From: Candidatus Bathyarchaeota archaeon
Lineage (GTDB): Archaea; Thermoproteota; Bathyarchaeia; TCS64
Length of the DNA stretch: 64,000 nucleotides
Direction of reading: 5' to 3'
Assembly: GCA_963771885.1 (NCBI GenBank)
Contig: CAVYVF010000023.1
Span: 928,001 to 992,000, forward strand
Notes under the pieces: generated by a model
The model's database searches: none
What the model was told of the DNA's origin: nothing
The model's input: the letters and a program-made list of their open reading frames with translations, nothing else
Shown here: positions 50,875 to 63,278 of the stretch, in pieces
Layout of the letters: every line of letters begins with the position of its first letter
Numbering within the stretch: position 1 is the first letter of the stretch
Translations under genes and position numbers: made by a program

Positions 50875-52975
50875 CTACGCACGTGCGGGTTTGACCTGCA
50901 CGTTGATGGAGTGTGTGCGGGACGCCATGCTGGGGCGCGTCGGCTCGGTTGATGTCAGTACATTCACGGCGCCGACCCTGTCTACACCCGCCGCGTCGAG
51001 CTCTGGCCACACCCCCTCCTGCAGGCAGACAACACCACGCATTATGTCCACAGTTAAATAGACTCGGACAGTCGCCTCCCCCTCAGGGCTCGTGACGAGC
51101 GCAACGTCGCTGTTCGTCAGTTCCCTCAATACCGCGTCTTCGGGGTGAATCCAAAGTCTGTGAGGCTCCCTCTCCCTGAACCAGGGAATGTTGGAGTTCT
51201 GCGAGTGGACTCTGTACCGGGACTTTGGCGAGACGAGCCTCAGCGGGTATCCTTGGATGGTCTGCAGGAACCTCGCCTCTGGTATGGGCGTTCCCCCCGC
51301 TGCCGCGTAGGGCTCTGAGAGCAGTTGAACCTTCCCTGAAGGGGTGTTAAGTGGATTCTTGGCGGGGTCCGCAATGAAGTCGCTGAAGGCAACTCTCGGA
51401 TTCGTGGCTCCGAAGTATATTCCTCTCCTCCTGAACTCGTCGAAGTCGCCAATCTCCGACTCCGCCGCGAAGTGGCGGAGCCACGCCTCCTCATCCCTCC
51501 CCTCCGAGAATAGCGTCGAGGAACTCGAGCCTCTCAGCGAGGCCGCAGAATATGTCGTAGTCGTTCCGCGACTCCCCGACTGGCTCAGCCACCCTATTCG
51601 AAAAGAGCATGTGTCTGCCGCTGCTCGGCGTGACGATGTCGTTACGTTCAAGGAATGTGGTCGCCGGGAGGACGACGTCGCAGTACCTTGCTGTGGGTGT
51701 AAGGAAACGGTCGTGGCACACCGAGAACTCGACGCTCTCGTAGGCGCGTATCACCTTCTTCGTGTCTGAGCTTTGCGCCACGTAGTCGCCGCCGACGTTG
51801 TAGATCGCCTTGACGTCTGTGGGGAATCCGCCCCTCCTCCCCTCCAGCACGACGTCTGCCCAGAGGTAGACGGGTATCGACGCCTTGGCCGGGTTGGGTG
51901 GGACGCCAATCTGAGGCATCTTTGGGAAGGGCAGGGTGCCGAAGGCGAGTGCCCCCGATGAGCCGCCGGGGACCCCGAGGTTTCCAGTCGCCGTCTGCAG
52001 GGCGATCGCCATTCTGATTGCGTCTTCGCCGCCGATGGTCCTCTGTATCGAGAGACCGGGTATGAGCGCCGTCGGGTGAGTGGCTCCGTATCTCTCGGCG
52101 AGCCCAATGATTACACTTGCAGGGACCCCGCAGACTTCCTCCGCCCACCCCGGCGTCTTAGGCACGCCGTCGCTGCGCCCCATGATGTATGCCTCAAGCT
52201 CGCCAAAGCCATGGCTGTACTTCTCGACGAAGTCCCTGTTGACGAGCCCGCGGTTTATGAGAGTGTGCAGGATCGCCGCCATCATAGCGGAGTCCGTGCC
52301 GGGGTAGATGGGTATCCACTCGGTAGCGAGATTCTTCACTGTGAGTGTCCTGCGCGGGTCGATCGCCACAATATCGACGCCACGCCTCTTCGCCTCCCTG
52401 ACGTGCGCCTCCAGCCCGCACTCCATCTTCACGTCGGAGACGTTTGCCCCCCAGAGGATAATCATCTTCGAGTCGCGGATGTTCGCAGCATCCATCCCCG
52501 CCGCGTATGTTCCGAGGACGTACGGCGTGACGAACAGTGCAGCACCTATACTGTAGCTTGAGTGTCTCTCCGTATAGCCGCCGAGCATGGCGAGGAACCT
52601 CTTTGTCAGGCGGTGTGTGTTGTGAAGCGAGCCCCTGTTTGAACCGGAGCCGCCTAGGTGGATTATCGACTGAGCGCCGTACTTTCTCTTGGTCTCGGTG
52701 AGTCTCTGCGCCACGAGGTCGAGCGCCTCATCCCAGTTCGCCTCCCTGAACTCGCCGCTCCCCCGAGGGCCGACGCGAATGAGAGGTTTCTTGAGTCTGT
52801 CGGGGGCGTAAAGGACCCTGTGCATCTGGAACCCCTTAACACATCCCGTCATGTAAGGCGCACCGAGTGGGTTGTCAATGATCCGGGCTATAACGCCGTC
52901 TTCGACGATTGCGAGTAGCGGGCAGCCGCCCCCACAGTCGAGGTTGCACGAGACTGGTAGGTGAACGTGGCTCAA
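50875..52975 (-). CDS. DMSO reductase family molybdopterin oxidoreductase, catalytic subunit (frameshifted near 51500)
   Basis: CNLDCGGGC...C FS0 motif, PDRLKKPL, ILWGAN, PGTD.A, DVVLPATT..ER, TPSGK, RVHSQ, IHPEDA. Confidence 0.9.
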
Positions 52976-53019
52976 GGGAATCAGTCTGGATAATGTCCTG
53001 CTGTCTATAATGATTGTCT

Positions 53020-53484
53020 TCAAGCGAGGCGCTTCGCCATATGAACCAGCGTGGAACCGCGGAAGGGCTCGCGCTTAGTCTCTTCGTAACCGAACCATGT
53101 GTAGAGGGCGACGTTTTCCTCGAAGAGGGAGTTCGTGTATAGGCGTATGCTCATGAAGCCCCGATTGCGTGCTTCGTCCTCCGCGAGCCTGAGGAGGAGG
53201 AGTCCGAACCCCCGCCCCTGATAGTCGGGGTGGACGGCTACGCTCCAGATGAGTGTCTGCCCATCCTCATGCTTCAGGACGAGTACTGCTGCGGGTTTAC
53301 CCTCGAAGGAGAGGATGTGAATTGGGTGCAAAGTGATCATATCAACGTAATTGACGGTCATGGGCTCGGGCTTGCGCCCAATGAGGGATATCCACTTTGA
53401 ATAGGCAGCGTCTGTAATAGCGGACACGATGGCTGAGTCTTCCCGATTGGCCAACCTTATGGTTACGCCGTCTCCTCTCGACAT
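53020..53484 (-). CDS. GNAT family N-acetyltransferase
   Basis: VAVHPDYQGRGFG acetyl-CoA motif, LYTN, N.ALY..FGY. Confidence 0.9.
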   Translation of the reverse strand: MSRGDGVTIRLANREDSAIVSAITDAAYSKWISLIGRKPEPMTVNYVDMITLHPIHILSFEGKPAAVLVLKHEDGQTLIWSVAVHPDYQGRGFGLLLLRLAEDEARNRGFMSIRLYTNSLFEENVALYTWFGYEETKREPFRGSTLVHMAKRLA

Positions 53485-53679
53485 ACCTCTGAATTCCCCA
53501 AGGTGCCCTATAATCGTCGCGCATCGAGTCCCATTTCGAGCTGTTCTGAAAATATCTGCTTCTCACGAATATTGATGGTAAGTATACCCGGTGTGTAGCC
53601 GTTCGGCGCCTAGCGCGTATTTTGCTTACTCATTTCTGTCCTCGTAAGTGTTATCCTTACTTCCCGCACCTTATTTTCC

Positions 53680-55020
53680 ATGCCCGTCACAAAGGAAGAG
53701 CTACTCAAGGAAGCCCAGAAGTGGAGTAAGATCGCGCCACCCTACCACGCCTTCTACCACGGCAAGGTCGAGGTGATGCCAAAGTGCGCCATACGCACAC
53801 TTCAGGACTTCAGCATCTGGTACACCCCCGGCGTCGCCCAGGTCTGCAAGGACATTGAGAAGGACAAGGAACTCGCCTACGAGGGGACGAGCAAGTGGAA
53901 CTACGTCGGCGTCGTATCCGATGGGACTCGCGTCCTCGGCCTCGGAGACATCGGCGGCCAGGCCGGCATGCCCGTCATGGAGGGCAAGGCCCTCATCTTC
54001 AAGTACCTGGGAGGCGTCGACGCCTTCCCCATCTGCCTCGCCACGAAGGACCCCGAGGAGATCATACAGGCGGTCAAGTGGATCGAGCCCACCTTCGGAG
54101 GAATCAACCTCGAAGACTTCTCAAGCCCCAAGTGCTTCTACATACTCGAGAAACTCCGTAAAGAGATGCCCATCCCCGTCTGGCATGACGACCAGCAGGG
54201 AACCGCTGCCGTCATACTCGCGGGCACATATAATGCCCTCAAGGTGGCAGGTAAAAAGCTCAACACGGCAAAGATCGCCATAGTCGGTGTCGGCGCCGCG
54301 AACACACGCACCTACTACGTCCTCAAGTCGGCGGGAGTCAACCCCAAGAACATCCTCATGACAGACTCTACGGGAATCCTCAGCGCCACTCGCAAGGACT
54401 TGGAGGGCAGCTACAAGTGGCAGATCGCTAAGGAGACAAACCCCGACGGCGTCGAGGGTGGCATCAAGGAGGCGCTCGAGGGCGCCGATATGTGTATCGC
54501 CGCCTCAAAGCCGGGGCCGGGCATCATCACGAAGGACGACGTCAGGGGCATGGCGAGCAACTCGATAATCTTCGCATGCGCCAACCCTATCCCCGAGATA
54601 TGGCCCTGGGAGGCTAAGGAGGCAGGGGCGAAAGTCGTCGCCACAGGGCGCAGCGACTTCCCTAACCAAGTCAACAACAGTCTCGTCTTCCCCGCCATCT
54701 TCCGTGGAGCGCTCGACGTGCGCGCTAAGACGATCACAGATGAGATGTGCATTGCATCCGCGAAGGCGCTGGCCAAGTACGCCGAGGATAAGGGACTTAA
54801 CGAGAGCTACATTCTCCCCGGCATGGATGAGTGGGAGATCTACCCACTGCAGGCCACAGAGGTCGCGATGAAGTGCATGGAGCAGGGACTAGCGAGGAAG
54901 AAGATGACGCGGCAGGAGATACACGACGGTGCAGCCGCCATAATTGAGAGGACGCAGAAGATCGTGAAGCTCCTCATGGCGCAGGGATTCATTGCCTCGC
55001 CGCCCCCGGAGCCTAAATAG
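53680..55020 (+). CDS. NAD(P)-dependent malic enzyme
   Basis: YTPGVA, DGTRVLGLGDIG, MPVMEGK, GGINLED, HDDQQGTA, ANPIPEI, ATGRSDFPNQVNN. Confidence 0.95.
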   Translation: MPVTKEELLKEAQKWSKIAPPYHAFYHGKVEVMPKCAIRTLQDFSIWYTPGVAQVCKDIEKDKELAYEGTSKWNYVGVVSDGTRVLGLGDIGGQAGMPVMEGKALIFKYLGGVDAFPICLATKDPEEIIQAVKWIEPTFGGINLEDFSSPKCFYILEKLRKEMPIPVWHDDQQGTAAVILAGTYNALKVAGKKLNTAKIAIVGVGAANTRTYYVLKSAGVNPKNILMTDSTGILSATRKDLEGSYKWQIAKETNPDGVEGGIKEALEGADMCIAASKPGPGIITKDDVRGMASNSIIFACANPIPEIWPWEAKEAGAKVVATGRSDFPNQVNNSLVFPAIFRGALDVRAKTITDEMCIASAKALAKYAEDKGLNESYILPGMDEWEIYPLQATEVAMKCMEQGLARKKMTRQEIHDGAAAIIERTQKIVKLLMAQGFIASPPPEPK

Positions 55021-55152
55021 GTCTCCTTAATCAAACGCCCCTTTTTCCCAGTAATTATAGTCAATTGTATACATAGTGATAAATGGTAAATACCGCGGGG
55101 TAGAGGGTAGTAGGATTGGCTCCCCCCGGTATGTTCTCTGGAGGCGTCTAAA

Positions 55153-55632
55153 TTGACAAGGCAGAGTCTACACGAAACAGTCAGAAGGATGAACGCCGAG
55201 GTATGCGATCAATGCGGCAAGTGCCCTTCGGCGTGTCCCGTCACAGCCCACATCGAGGGCTTCAATCCCCGCCAGATAATCGCAAAGGTCAGCCTTGGCA
55301 GGGAGGACGATCTCATGGACTCCGGCGTTATTTGGACATGCACTAGCTGCCTCAAGTGCCGCGAGAGGTGCCCCGAGGAGATCAGTCCATACGACGTCAT
55401 CCTCGAACTCCGCCGCGAGGCCATTGCCGAGGGGAGACAGCACCCCGCGAGCTATGACGAGGCGGAGAGGGCAGTCACGGAGACAGGCGCCGTCCAGCAG
55501 CCTCAGCCCGCGAGGACACGCAACAGGGATAGAAAGGATCGCGAAGCCCTAGGTCTACCGCCCGCGCAGAAGCCGAAAGACCAGGCAAAGTTTACACAAG
55601 CCATCAAGGAACTCAAGGAGGCCGAGAAATGA
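55153..55632 (+). CDS. hdrC: HdrC-like 2x[4Fe-4S] protein
   Basis: CDQCGKCPSACP and WTCTSCLKCRERCP. Confidence 0.88.
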   Translation: MTRQSLHETVRRMNAEVCDQCGKCPSACPVTAHIEGFNPRQIIAKVSLGREDDLMDSGVIWTCTSCLKCRERCPEEISPYDVILELRREAIAEGRQHPASYDEAERAVTETGAVQQPQPARTRNRDRKDREALGLPPAQKPKDQAKFTQAIKELKEAEK

Positions 55633-56512
55633 AGGTCGCATTCTTCCCCGGCTGCACCGCGCAGGCGGACCAGATAGGCTACGAGGCAAGCGTCAGGGTC
55701 ATTATGCCTAAGCTCGGCGTAGAGCTCGCCGAGATGGAAGGCGCCGCCTGCTGTGGTTACCCTCCATACAGCAGTGTCAGCGAGGCTGCGTGGTTCTACT
55801 CCAGCGCACGCGATATGGCGATCGCTGAGGGCATGGGGCTACCCCTATTCACCCTCTGCAACGGTTGCCATCTCAGCTTCACCGAGACTAAGCACGCACT
55901 AGCCAAAGACGCCCCCCTCAAAGTCGAAGATCAACGAAAAGCTCGCACGCGAGGGCTTCCACTATGAAGGCAAAGCTGAGCTTCTCCACATCTTCGAGCT
56001 CCTCCACGACAGACTTGGGAAGGAGAAGATCACCGCGGCGGTCACCAAGCCATTGACAGGATTCAGGTTTGGCGCACACCCCGGTTGTCACAGCATACGC
56101 CCCAGCCGCCTCGGCCGCCCAGATGACGCCGAGAACCCCGTCAAGCTCGACGACCTCATCAACTGGATCGGCGCACAGGCCGTCGACTATCCCGGGAAGA
56201 TCGACTGCTGCGGCTCAAGCCTCGCGTCGGCAAGCGGTAAGACCGTCATGGAGATCGCGGGGGATAAACTCAAAACCGTCAAAGGCACTCGGCCTCGACG
56301 GCCTCGTCACGACCTGCCCCTTCTGCTTCAAAGTCTACGACAACAGGCAGAGGGCAATCGCGTCAACGATCGGAGACAGGACCCTAGAGGTCCCAGTCTT
56401 CTACTACACCCAGCTCCTCGGCCTCGCCATGGGGCTCAAACAGGAGCAGCTGGGCCTCGAACTCAACCAGAGCCCCATCGACCCGGTGCTCGCACGAATA
56501 GGAGGAGCTTAA
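55629..56512 (+). CDS. hdrB: HdrB-like protein (frameshifts near 55925 and 56285)
   Basis: FFPGC..CCG..CNGC, HPGCH..RP, DCCG, TCPFC, YYTQLLGLAMG. Confidence 0.88.
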
Positions 56513-56513
56513 G

Positions 56514-57821
56514 TTGAAGCCAGTTCTAGTCATAGGTGGCGGAATCGCCGGAATACAGGCGTCGCTCGACCTCGCCGACAGGGGGACGAAGGTCCACCTC
56601 GTGGAGCGCACCCCGAGCATCGGCGGCGTCATGGCGCAACTCGACAAGACCTTCCCAACGATGGACTGCAGCATCTGCATCCTCGCCCCAAAGATGATTG
56701 AGTGTTACAGGCACCCGAACATCACCATCCATACTCAGAGTGAGGTCATAGGGTTGGAGGGGTCAGTCGGCGACTTTAAGATCAAGGTCCTAGAGCACCC
56801 ACGCAGCGTAGACTCCTCGAAGTGCACGGGCTGCGGACTATGCTCCGAGAAGTGTCCGGTGAAGAAGCCGAGCGTATTCCAGGCGGGCCTCGGGCAGCGC
56901 AAAGCCATCTACCTCGCCTTCCCGCAGGCAGTCCCACTTATAGCAACAATCGACCGCGAAGCATGCCTCTGGTTCACCAAGGGTATCTGCAAGACCTGCG
57001 AGAAGGTCTGCCCCGCAAAGGCCGTGGACTACGAGCAGAAGGAGAACATCGTCGAGCTGAACGTCTCCAGCGTCATCGCCGCGACCGGCTTCGAGCAGTA
57101 CAATCCAAAGGACATCGGCGAGTATGGCTACGGGCGATACAAGAACGTGCTCACAGCGCTTGAGTTCGAGCGCCTCGTCTGCGCCTCAGGCCCAACCGGC
57201 GGCGTCCTCAATCGCCCCAGTGACGGAAAGGTGAGCCACAACATCGCATTCATCCAGTGCGTAGGTAGCAGGACGCAGACGACTGGTTACCCCTACTGCA
57301 GTGCAAGCTGCTGCATGTACGCTACTAAGGAGGCGGTACTCATCAAGGAGCATGAGCCCAGCAGCCACGTAACCATATTCTATATGGACCTCCGCACATT
57401 CGGCAAAGGATTCCAGGGTTTCGTCGACCGCGCCCAGAGCCACTGGGGAGTCAACTACATCAGGGGACGCCCAGGCGAGATCAGGGAGGACCCAATCACA
57501 AAGGACCTCACCATCCTCTACGAGAACACCGAGGTAGGCAAGGTCGAGCAGATGAAGGTCGACCTCGTCGTCCTTTGCACTGCCGCGGTGCCCCACAGGG
57601 ACAATAGAAAGCTCGGAAGCGTCCTCGGCGTAAAGCTCGACGAGTTCGGATTCTTCGAGGACAAGGACATGCTCACCGCTCCAGTGGAGTCGAGCAAGCC
57701 TGGGATCTACGTCTGCGGCAGCTGCCACGGACCCCGGGACATACCCGAGTCCGTCGCCGAGGCTAGCGCCACCGCGGCCAAGGCTGCGGAGGACGCCGTG
57801 CGCGCGGAGGTGAAGCAGTGA
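56514..57821 (+). CDS. hdrA: HdrA-like FAD/FeS subunit lacking the N-terminal domain (module 1)
   Basis: IGGGIAG, DKTFPTMDCSIC, ferredoxin insert, LEFER, QCVGSR, CSASCCMYATKEA. Confidence 0.9.
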   Translation: MKPVLVIGGGIAGIQASLDLADRGTKVHLVERTPSIGGVMAQLDKTFPTMDCSICILAPKMIECYRHPNITIHTQSEVIGLEGSVGDFKIKVLEHPRSVDSSKCTGCGLCSEKCPVKKPSVFQAGLGQRKAIYLAFPQAVPLIATIDREACLWFTKGICKTCEKVCPAKAVDYEQKENIVELNVSSVIAATGFEQYNPKDIGEYGYGRYKNVLTALEFERLVCASGPTGGVLNRPSDGKVSHNIAFIQCVGSRTQTTGYPYCSASCCMYATKEAVLIKEHEPSSHVTIFYMDLRTFGKGFQGFVDRAQSHWGVNYIRGRPGEIREDPITKDLTILYENTEVGKVEQMKVDLVVLCTAAVPHRDNRKLGSVLGVKLDEFGFFEDKDMLTAPVESSKPGIYVCGSCHGPRDIPESVAEASATAAKAAEDAVRAEVKQ

Positions 57822-59489
57822 TGGCTCCCCGCATAGGCGTCTTCGTCTGCCGCTGCGGCATCAACATCGGCGCATACGTCGACGTCCCCAAGGTCGTTGA
57901 GTACGCAAAGACTCTCCCCGGCGTCGCATATGCGGAGGAGAACATGTACACCTGCAGCAGTGATGGCCTCAATAAGATCAAGGAGGCCATCAAGAAGCAC
58001 AGCCTCGAAGGAGTAGTCGTCGCCTCGTGCACGCCTCGCACACACGAGCCTCTCTTCCAAGCCACATGTGAGGAGGCGGGCGTCAATAAGTACCTCTTCG
58101 AGATGGCGAACATACGCGACCAGTGCAGCTGGGTTCACATGAAGGAGCCCGAGAAGGCAACGGAGAAGGCTAAGGACATCGTCAGGATGGCGGTCGCCAA
58201 AGCCGCGCTCCTAGAGCCCGGAGAGGAGCCCGAAATAGATGTCAATCCGAGCTACACTCGTCATCGGTGGAGGCGTCGCCGGTATGCGTGCAGCCCTCAG
58301 CCTCGCAGAGCAGGGATTCACTGTCACTATAGTTGAGAAGCAGAAGCAGCTCGGCGGTATGCTTAGGACATTCGATACCCTCTTCCCACACAACCAGAAG
58401 GCGTCAGATGTCCTCGAGCCACTAGTCAAACAGGTCAAAGGCAACCCGCGGATACGCGTCCTCACAGATTCGAAGGTGTCCAGCGTCTACGGCTTCATCG
58501 GCAACTTCGACATAGGGGTCGAGTCCGCGGGGAAGGAAGAGAAGTTCAACGTCGGCACGATAATAGTAGCCGTCGGCGCTGAGGCACTCGAGCCGAAGGG
58601 TCTCTACCTCTACGGCGAGGACCCGCGCGTCGTTACGCAGGCACAGCTCGAGGAGCTTGTAAAGGTGGGCAGGCGTCGACGCTAAGAGGATCGTGATGAT
58701 CCAGTGCGTCGGCTCCCGCAACGAGGAGCGCCCATATTGCAGCCGCATCTGCTGCAACGAGGCGCTCAAGAACGCCCTAAACATCGCACCCGGGGAGGGA
58801 GGTCTACGTCCTCTACCGCGACCTCCAGACCTACGGCATCCAGTACTCGAAGCTGGAGCAGGAGACGAAGAGGAAAGGCGTCAGGTTCCTCAAGTATCAG
58901 GCGGAGAAGCCGCCGAAGGTCACCGCCGAGGCGGATGCGCTCAACGTCAGCATTCTACAGCCCAACCGTCAACGAGGAGATGACACTCAAGGCGGACCTC
59001 CTCGTCCTCAGCACACCCCTAGTCCCAGTCACGGACGCGAAGGAGCTAAGCCAGATGCTAAAGGTGCCGCTCGACTCGAACGGCTTCTTCATGGAGGCAC
59101 ACGTTAAGCTGCGCCCCATAGACTTCGCCACGGACGGCATCTTCGTCTGCGGGACGGCACACAGCCCGAAGGACATCGGTGAGAGCGTTGCTCAGGCGCT
59201 CGGCGTCGCGAGCAGGGCGTCCATACCCATGGCGAAGAAGAGGGTACGGACAGCAGCCATCATGAGTCAGGTGGACCAGACGCGGTGCAGCGGCTGCGGC
59301 ACATGCATAGACGTCTGCCCATACAACGCCCTCCGCAAGAACGAGAAGGGTCTCGCTGAGACCATCGCCGCCGTATGTAAGGGCTGCGGAGTCTGCGGTG
59401 CAACATGCCCCGAGAAGGCGATAACTATGCACCACTTCACAGACGAGCAGATACAGGCACAGGGCCTAGCCGCCCTCAAGGAGGACTAA
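57821..59489 (+). CDS. hdrA: HdrA-like subunit (module 2), several frameshifts
   Basis: [53 protein letters not shown]-terminal ferredoxin. Confidence 0.88.
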
Positions 59490-59491
59490 AC

Positions 59492-60261
59492 ATGAGCACA
59501 TTCGAGCCAAATATAGTCGGCTTCCTCTGCAACTGGTGCAGCTACGCCGGCGCCGACCTCGCGGGGGTCAGCCGGATCCAGTATCCAACAAACATGCGCG
59601 TCATCAAGGTCATGTGCAGCGGCCGCGTTGAGCCAGGGATGGTCCTCGAGCTTACTCGAGGCGGGCGCGGACGGCGTCATGGTCACCGGATGCCACATAG
59701 GAGACTGCCACTACATCACCGGTAACCTCCACACGAAGCGAAAGTACACACTACTCCAGAAGCTGCTCGCAAAGACGGGACTAGAGCCCCAGCGCATACA
59801 GGCTTGAGTGGAACAGCGCCGCAGAGGGGCAACACTTCGCAAACCTCGTCAAGGAGTTCACCGAGCAGGTGCGCGCTGTAGGCCCAACTCCACTCAAAGC
59901 GCCGACACCTGACGTGGCGAAGCTACTCAATATCCGTGCTGCTAAAGCAGCCGCGGACGGCTTCAGGCTCCGTGCCCTAGTCGGAAAGGAGGAGAAGCTC
60001 GTCACAGAGGGCAACGTCTACGGCGACAAAGTCGCGCAGAACGAGTTCACAAAGGCGATGGACGAGGCCGTCGAGACGGAGTTCCAGATTCACCGAATAC
60101 ACATCATGCTACAGGAGAGGCCCAGATCCGTGAAGGACATGGCACGCAAATCGGGCTCACGCCGAAGGCGGTGCTAGGCTACGTAGTCGCCCTTAGGCAG
60201 ACGGGGGTGGGTCGACGTAAAGGAGGCCGTGGAGGGTACGCCCCTCTACGCGGCGCAGTGA
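59492..60261 (+). CDS. mvhD: MvhD-like [2Fe-2S] protein with long C-terminal extension (frameshifted)
   Basis: [26 protein letters not shown]; extension [14 protein letters not shown]. Confidence 0.85.
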
Positions 60262-60273
60262 GGCTGATCAATC

Positions 60274-63200
60274 ATGGAAAAGACAGGCAGCGTACTGGTC
60301 GTCGGCGGAGGAATAGCGGGTATACAGGCTGCCCTCGACCTCGCCGACAGTGGGTTCAAGGTCTACATGGTGGAGAGGGAGCCGAGCATCGGCGGCGTGA
60401 TGACGCAGCTCGACAAGACGTTCCCCACGAACGACTGCGCCATGTGCATACTCGCCCCCAAACTAGTCGGCGCGGGTCGCCACCCAAACATTAAACTCCT
60501 CACCTACAGCGAGGTCAAGTCCCTCGAGGGGGAGGAGGGCAATTTCACCGCCACCATCCTCAAGAAGGCGCGCCGAGTCGACCCCGCCAAGTGTAAGGGC
60601 TGCGGCGACTGCGCCGCAAAGTGCCCCGCATCCGCCATAGACACCTATAACGCCGATCTCAACGACCGGAAGGCGGTCTACATTCGCTTCAGCCAAGCCG
60701 TCCCACTCACATACGCGATTGACAAGGACAAGTGCCTCGGCTGCGGGATCTGCAGCGAGGTCTGCAAGGCCGACGCCATCAAATACGATGATGTCGACGA
60801 GGAGCTGAAGCTCAACGTCGGTTCTGTCATTCTCGCCCCCGGCTTCGAGGCATTCGACCCGAGCAAACTCTCGGAGCTCGGCTACGGCAGGTACCCGAAC
60901 GTTGTGAGTAGCGTCGAGTTCGAGCGCATACTCAGCGCCACAGGGCCATACAGCGGCGTCGTTCTCCGCCCAAGCGACGGAGACATGCCGAAGAGGGTCG
61001 CGTTCCTCCAATGCGTCGGCAGCCGAGACGCCCGCGTGGGCAACCCATACTGCAGCGGCGTCTGCTGCATGTACGCCATAAAGGAGGCGGTCATTGCCCA
61101 GGAGCACAACCCTGGCCTCGAGGCGAGCGTCTTCTTCATGGATATACGCGCCTTCGGTAAGGAGTTCGACGACTACTATACGCGAGCCGAGCACGAGCAC
61201 GGCATCAAGTTCATAAGGAGCAGAGTAGGGCACGTCGAGCAGGACCCCGAGTCGGCTGGCCTCTACCTCACCTACGAGGAGGGTGGCGACGTCAAGCGTG
61301 ACCGCTACGATATGGTGGTCCTCGGCGTCGGCCTTAACCCGCCGAAAGGCGCCGAGCAGCTCAGCAAAGCGATGGGATTCACACTAAACAAGTACGGCTT
61401 CGCCGAGACCAAGCTCTTCAGCCCACTCGAGACGAGCAGGAAAGGAGTCTACGTCTGCGGGGCTTTCAGCAGCCCTAAGGACATCCCTGACAGCGTCGCG
61501 CAAGCAAGTGGCGCAGCCGCTAAGGCGGCAAAAGCAATCTCAAGCGTCCGGGGGACGCAGATCAAACCCGTCGAGTTCCCAGTGGAGCGTGACGTCGCTA
61601 ACGAGGATCCTCGCGTCGGTGTCTTCGTCTGCTGGTGTGGAATAAACATCGGTGGAGTAGTTAACGTTCCCAGCGTCGCCGAGTACGCGAAGAAGCTCCC
61701 TAACGTCGCCTACGCCGAGGAGAACCTCTACACCTGCAGCCAGGACACACAGGATAGGATTAAAGAACACTATAATCGAGCACAAGCTCAACCGCGTCGT
61801 CGTCGCTTCATGCACGCCTCGCACACACGAGCCTCTTTTTAGGGCCACTCTACGCGAGGCGGGGCTTAACGAGTACCTCTTCGAGATGGCGAACATACGC
61901 GACCAGTGCAGCTGGGTGCACATGCACGAGAGGGAGGCCGCTACTAGGAAGGCGGAGGACCTAGTCAGGATGGCCGTCGCTAAGGCGAGCCTCCTCCAAC
62001 CTCTGGAGAAGCATAAGATACACGTCACCCCCGGCGCATTAGTCGTCGGCGGAGGCGTCAGTGGCATGACCGCCGCCTTAGAGATAGCAGACCAGGGCTT
62101 CGAGGTCCACCTCGTCGAGAAGGAGGAGGAGCTCGGAGGCAACATGAAGAGGATTAAGTTCCTCCCCTCTGGTGAGGACCCCGCCGCGGAGCTAGCGAAG
62201 CTAGAGGCGCGAGTCAAGACCAACCCAAAGATCAGTCTCTACACCGGCACTCAGGTGGCGGAGGTCGACGGATACGTCGGCAACTTCGAGACCACCCTAG
62301 CAAGCCCAACGAAGGAGACGCAGATTAAGCACGGCGTCGTCGTCGTCGCCACGGGCGGCGTCGAGTACACGCCTAAGGAGTACGCCTACGGAAAGACACC
62401 CCGACGTCATGACCCAGTTCCAGCTAGAGGAGAAGCTCCACGCACGGCTACAAGCCCGACACTGTGGTGATGATCCAATGTGTGGGCAGCCGTAACGAGG
62501 AGCACCCGAACTGCAGCCGTGTCTGTTGCACTGGCGCCGTCAACAACGCCTTAAAGGTCAAGGAGGTGAACCCACGCGGCCGACGTCTACATACTCTACA
62601 AGGACATGAGGACATACGGATTCAAGGAGGACTACTACCGCGCAGCGGCGGACAGGGGCGTCGTCTTCATCAGGTATGATGACGAGCACAAGCCCGAGGT
62701 CACAGCTGAGGGCGGGCTGAAGGTCAGAGTCCTTGACCCTGTACTCAATGAGAACGTGGTTATCGAGCCCGACGCCTTCGTCCTCAGCGCGGGCGTGCTG
62801 CCTGCCGCCGATAACAAGCGCCTAGCTGGGATGCTCAAGGTCCCCATAAGCAAGGATGGATTCTTCCTCGAGGCGCACATGAAGTTGCGCCCGCTTGACT
62901 TCGCGACGGAGGGTGTCTACCTCTGCGGGTTGGCACACGGCCCGAAGACCATCGATGAGTGCATAAGCCAGGCGTGTGGAGCAGCGTCGAGGGCGCTGAC
63001 GATCCTGAGCCACGACGAGATCGAGGCAGAGGGAGCAATCGCCAGTCGTAGACGAGGACGCCTGCAGTGGATGCCAGATGTGCGCCGCTGTTTGCGAGTT
63101 CAAGGCGATAGAGATGGTGAAGAAGGGTGACAAGACCCACAGTCACGTCATCTCCGAGGTCTGCAAGGGTTGCGGAGTCTGCGCGGCGACATGCCCGAGC

Positions 63201-63278
63201 GGGGCGATCACGGTTGGTCACTTCACCGACCAGGAGATACTTAGCCAGGTCAAGGCAGCACTGGAGGCGAGACGATGA
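60274..63278 (+). CDS. hdrA: Large tandem-module HdrA (module 1 + module 2 fused), several frameshifts
   Basis: Two FAD Rossmann motifs, DKTFPTNDCAMC, CSGVCC, internal CWCGINI and [17 protein letters not shown]-terminal ferredoxin. Confidence 0.88.
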
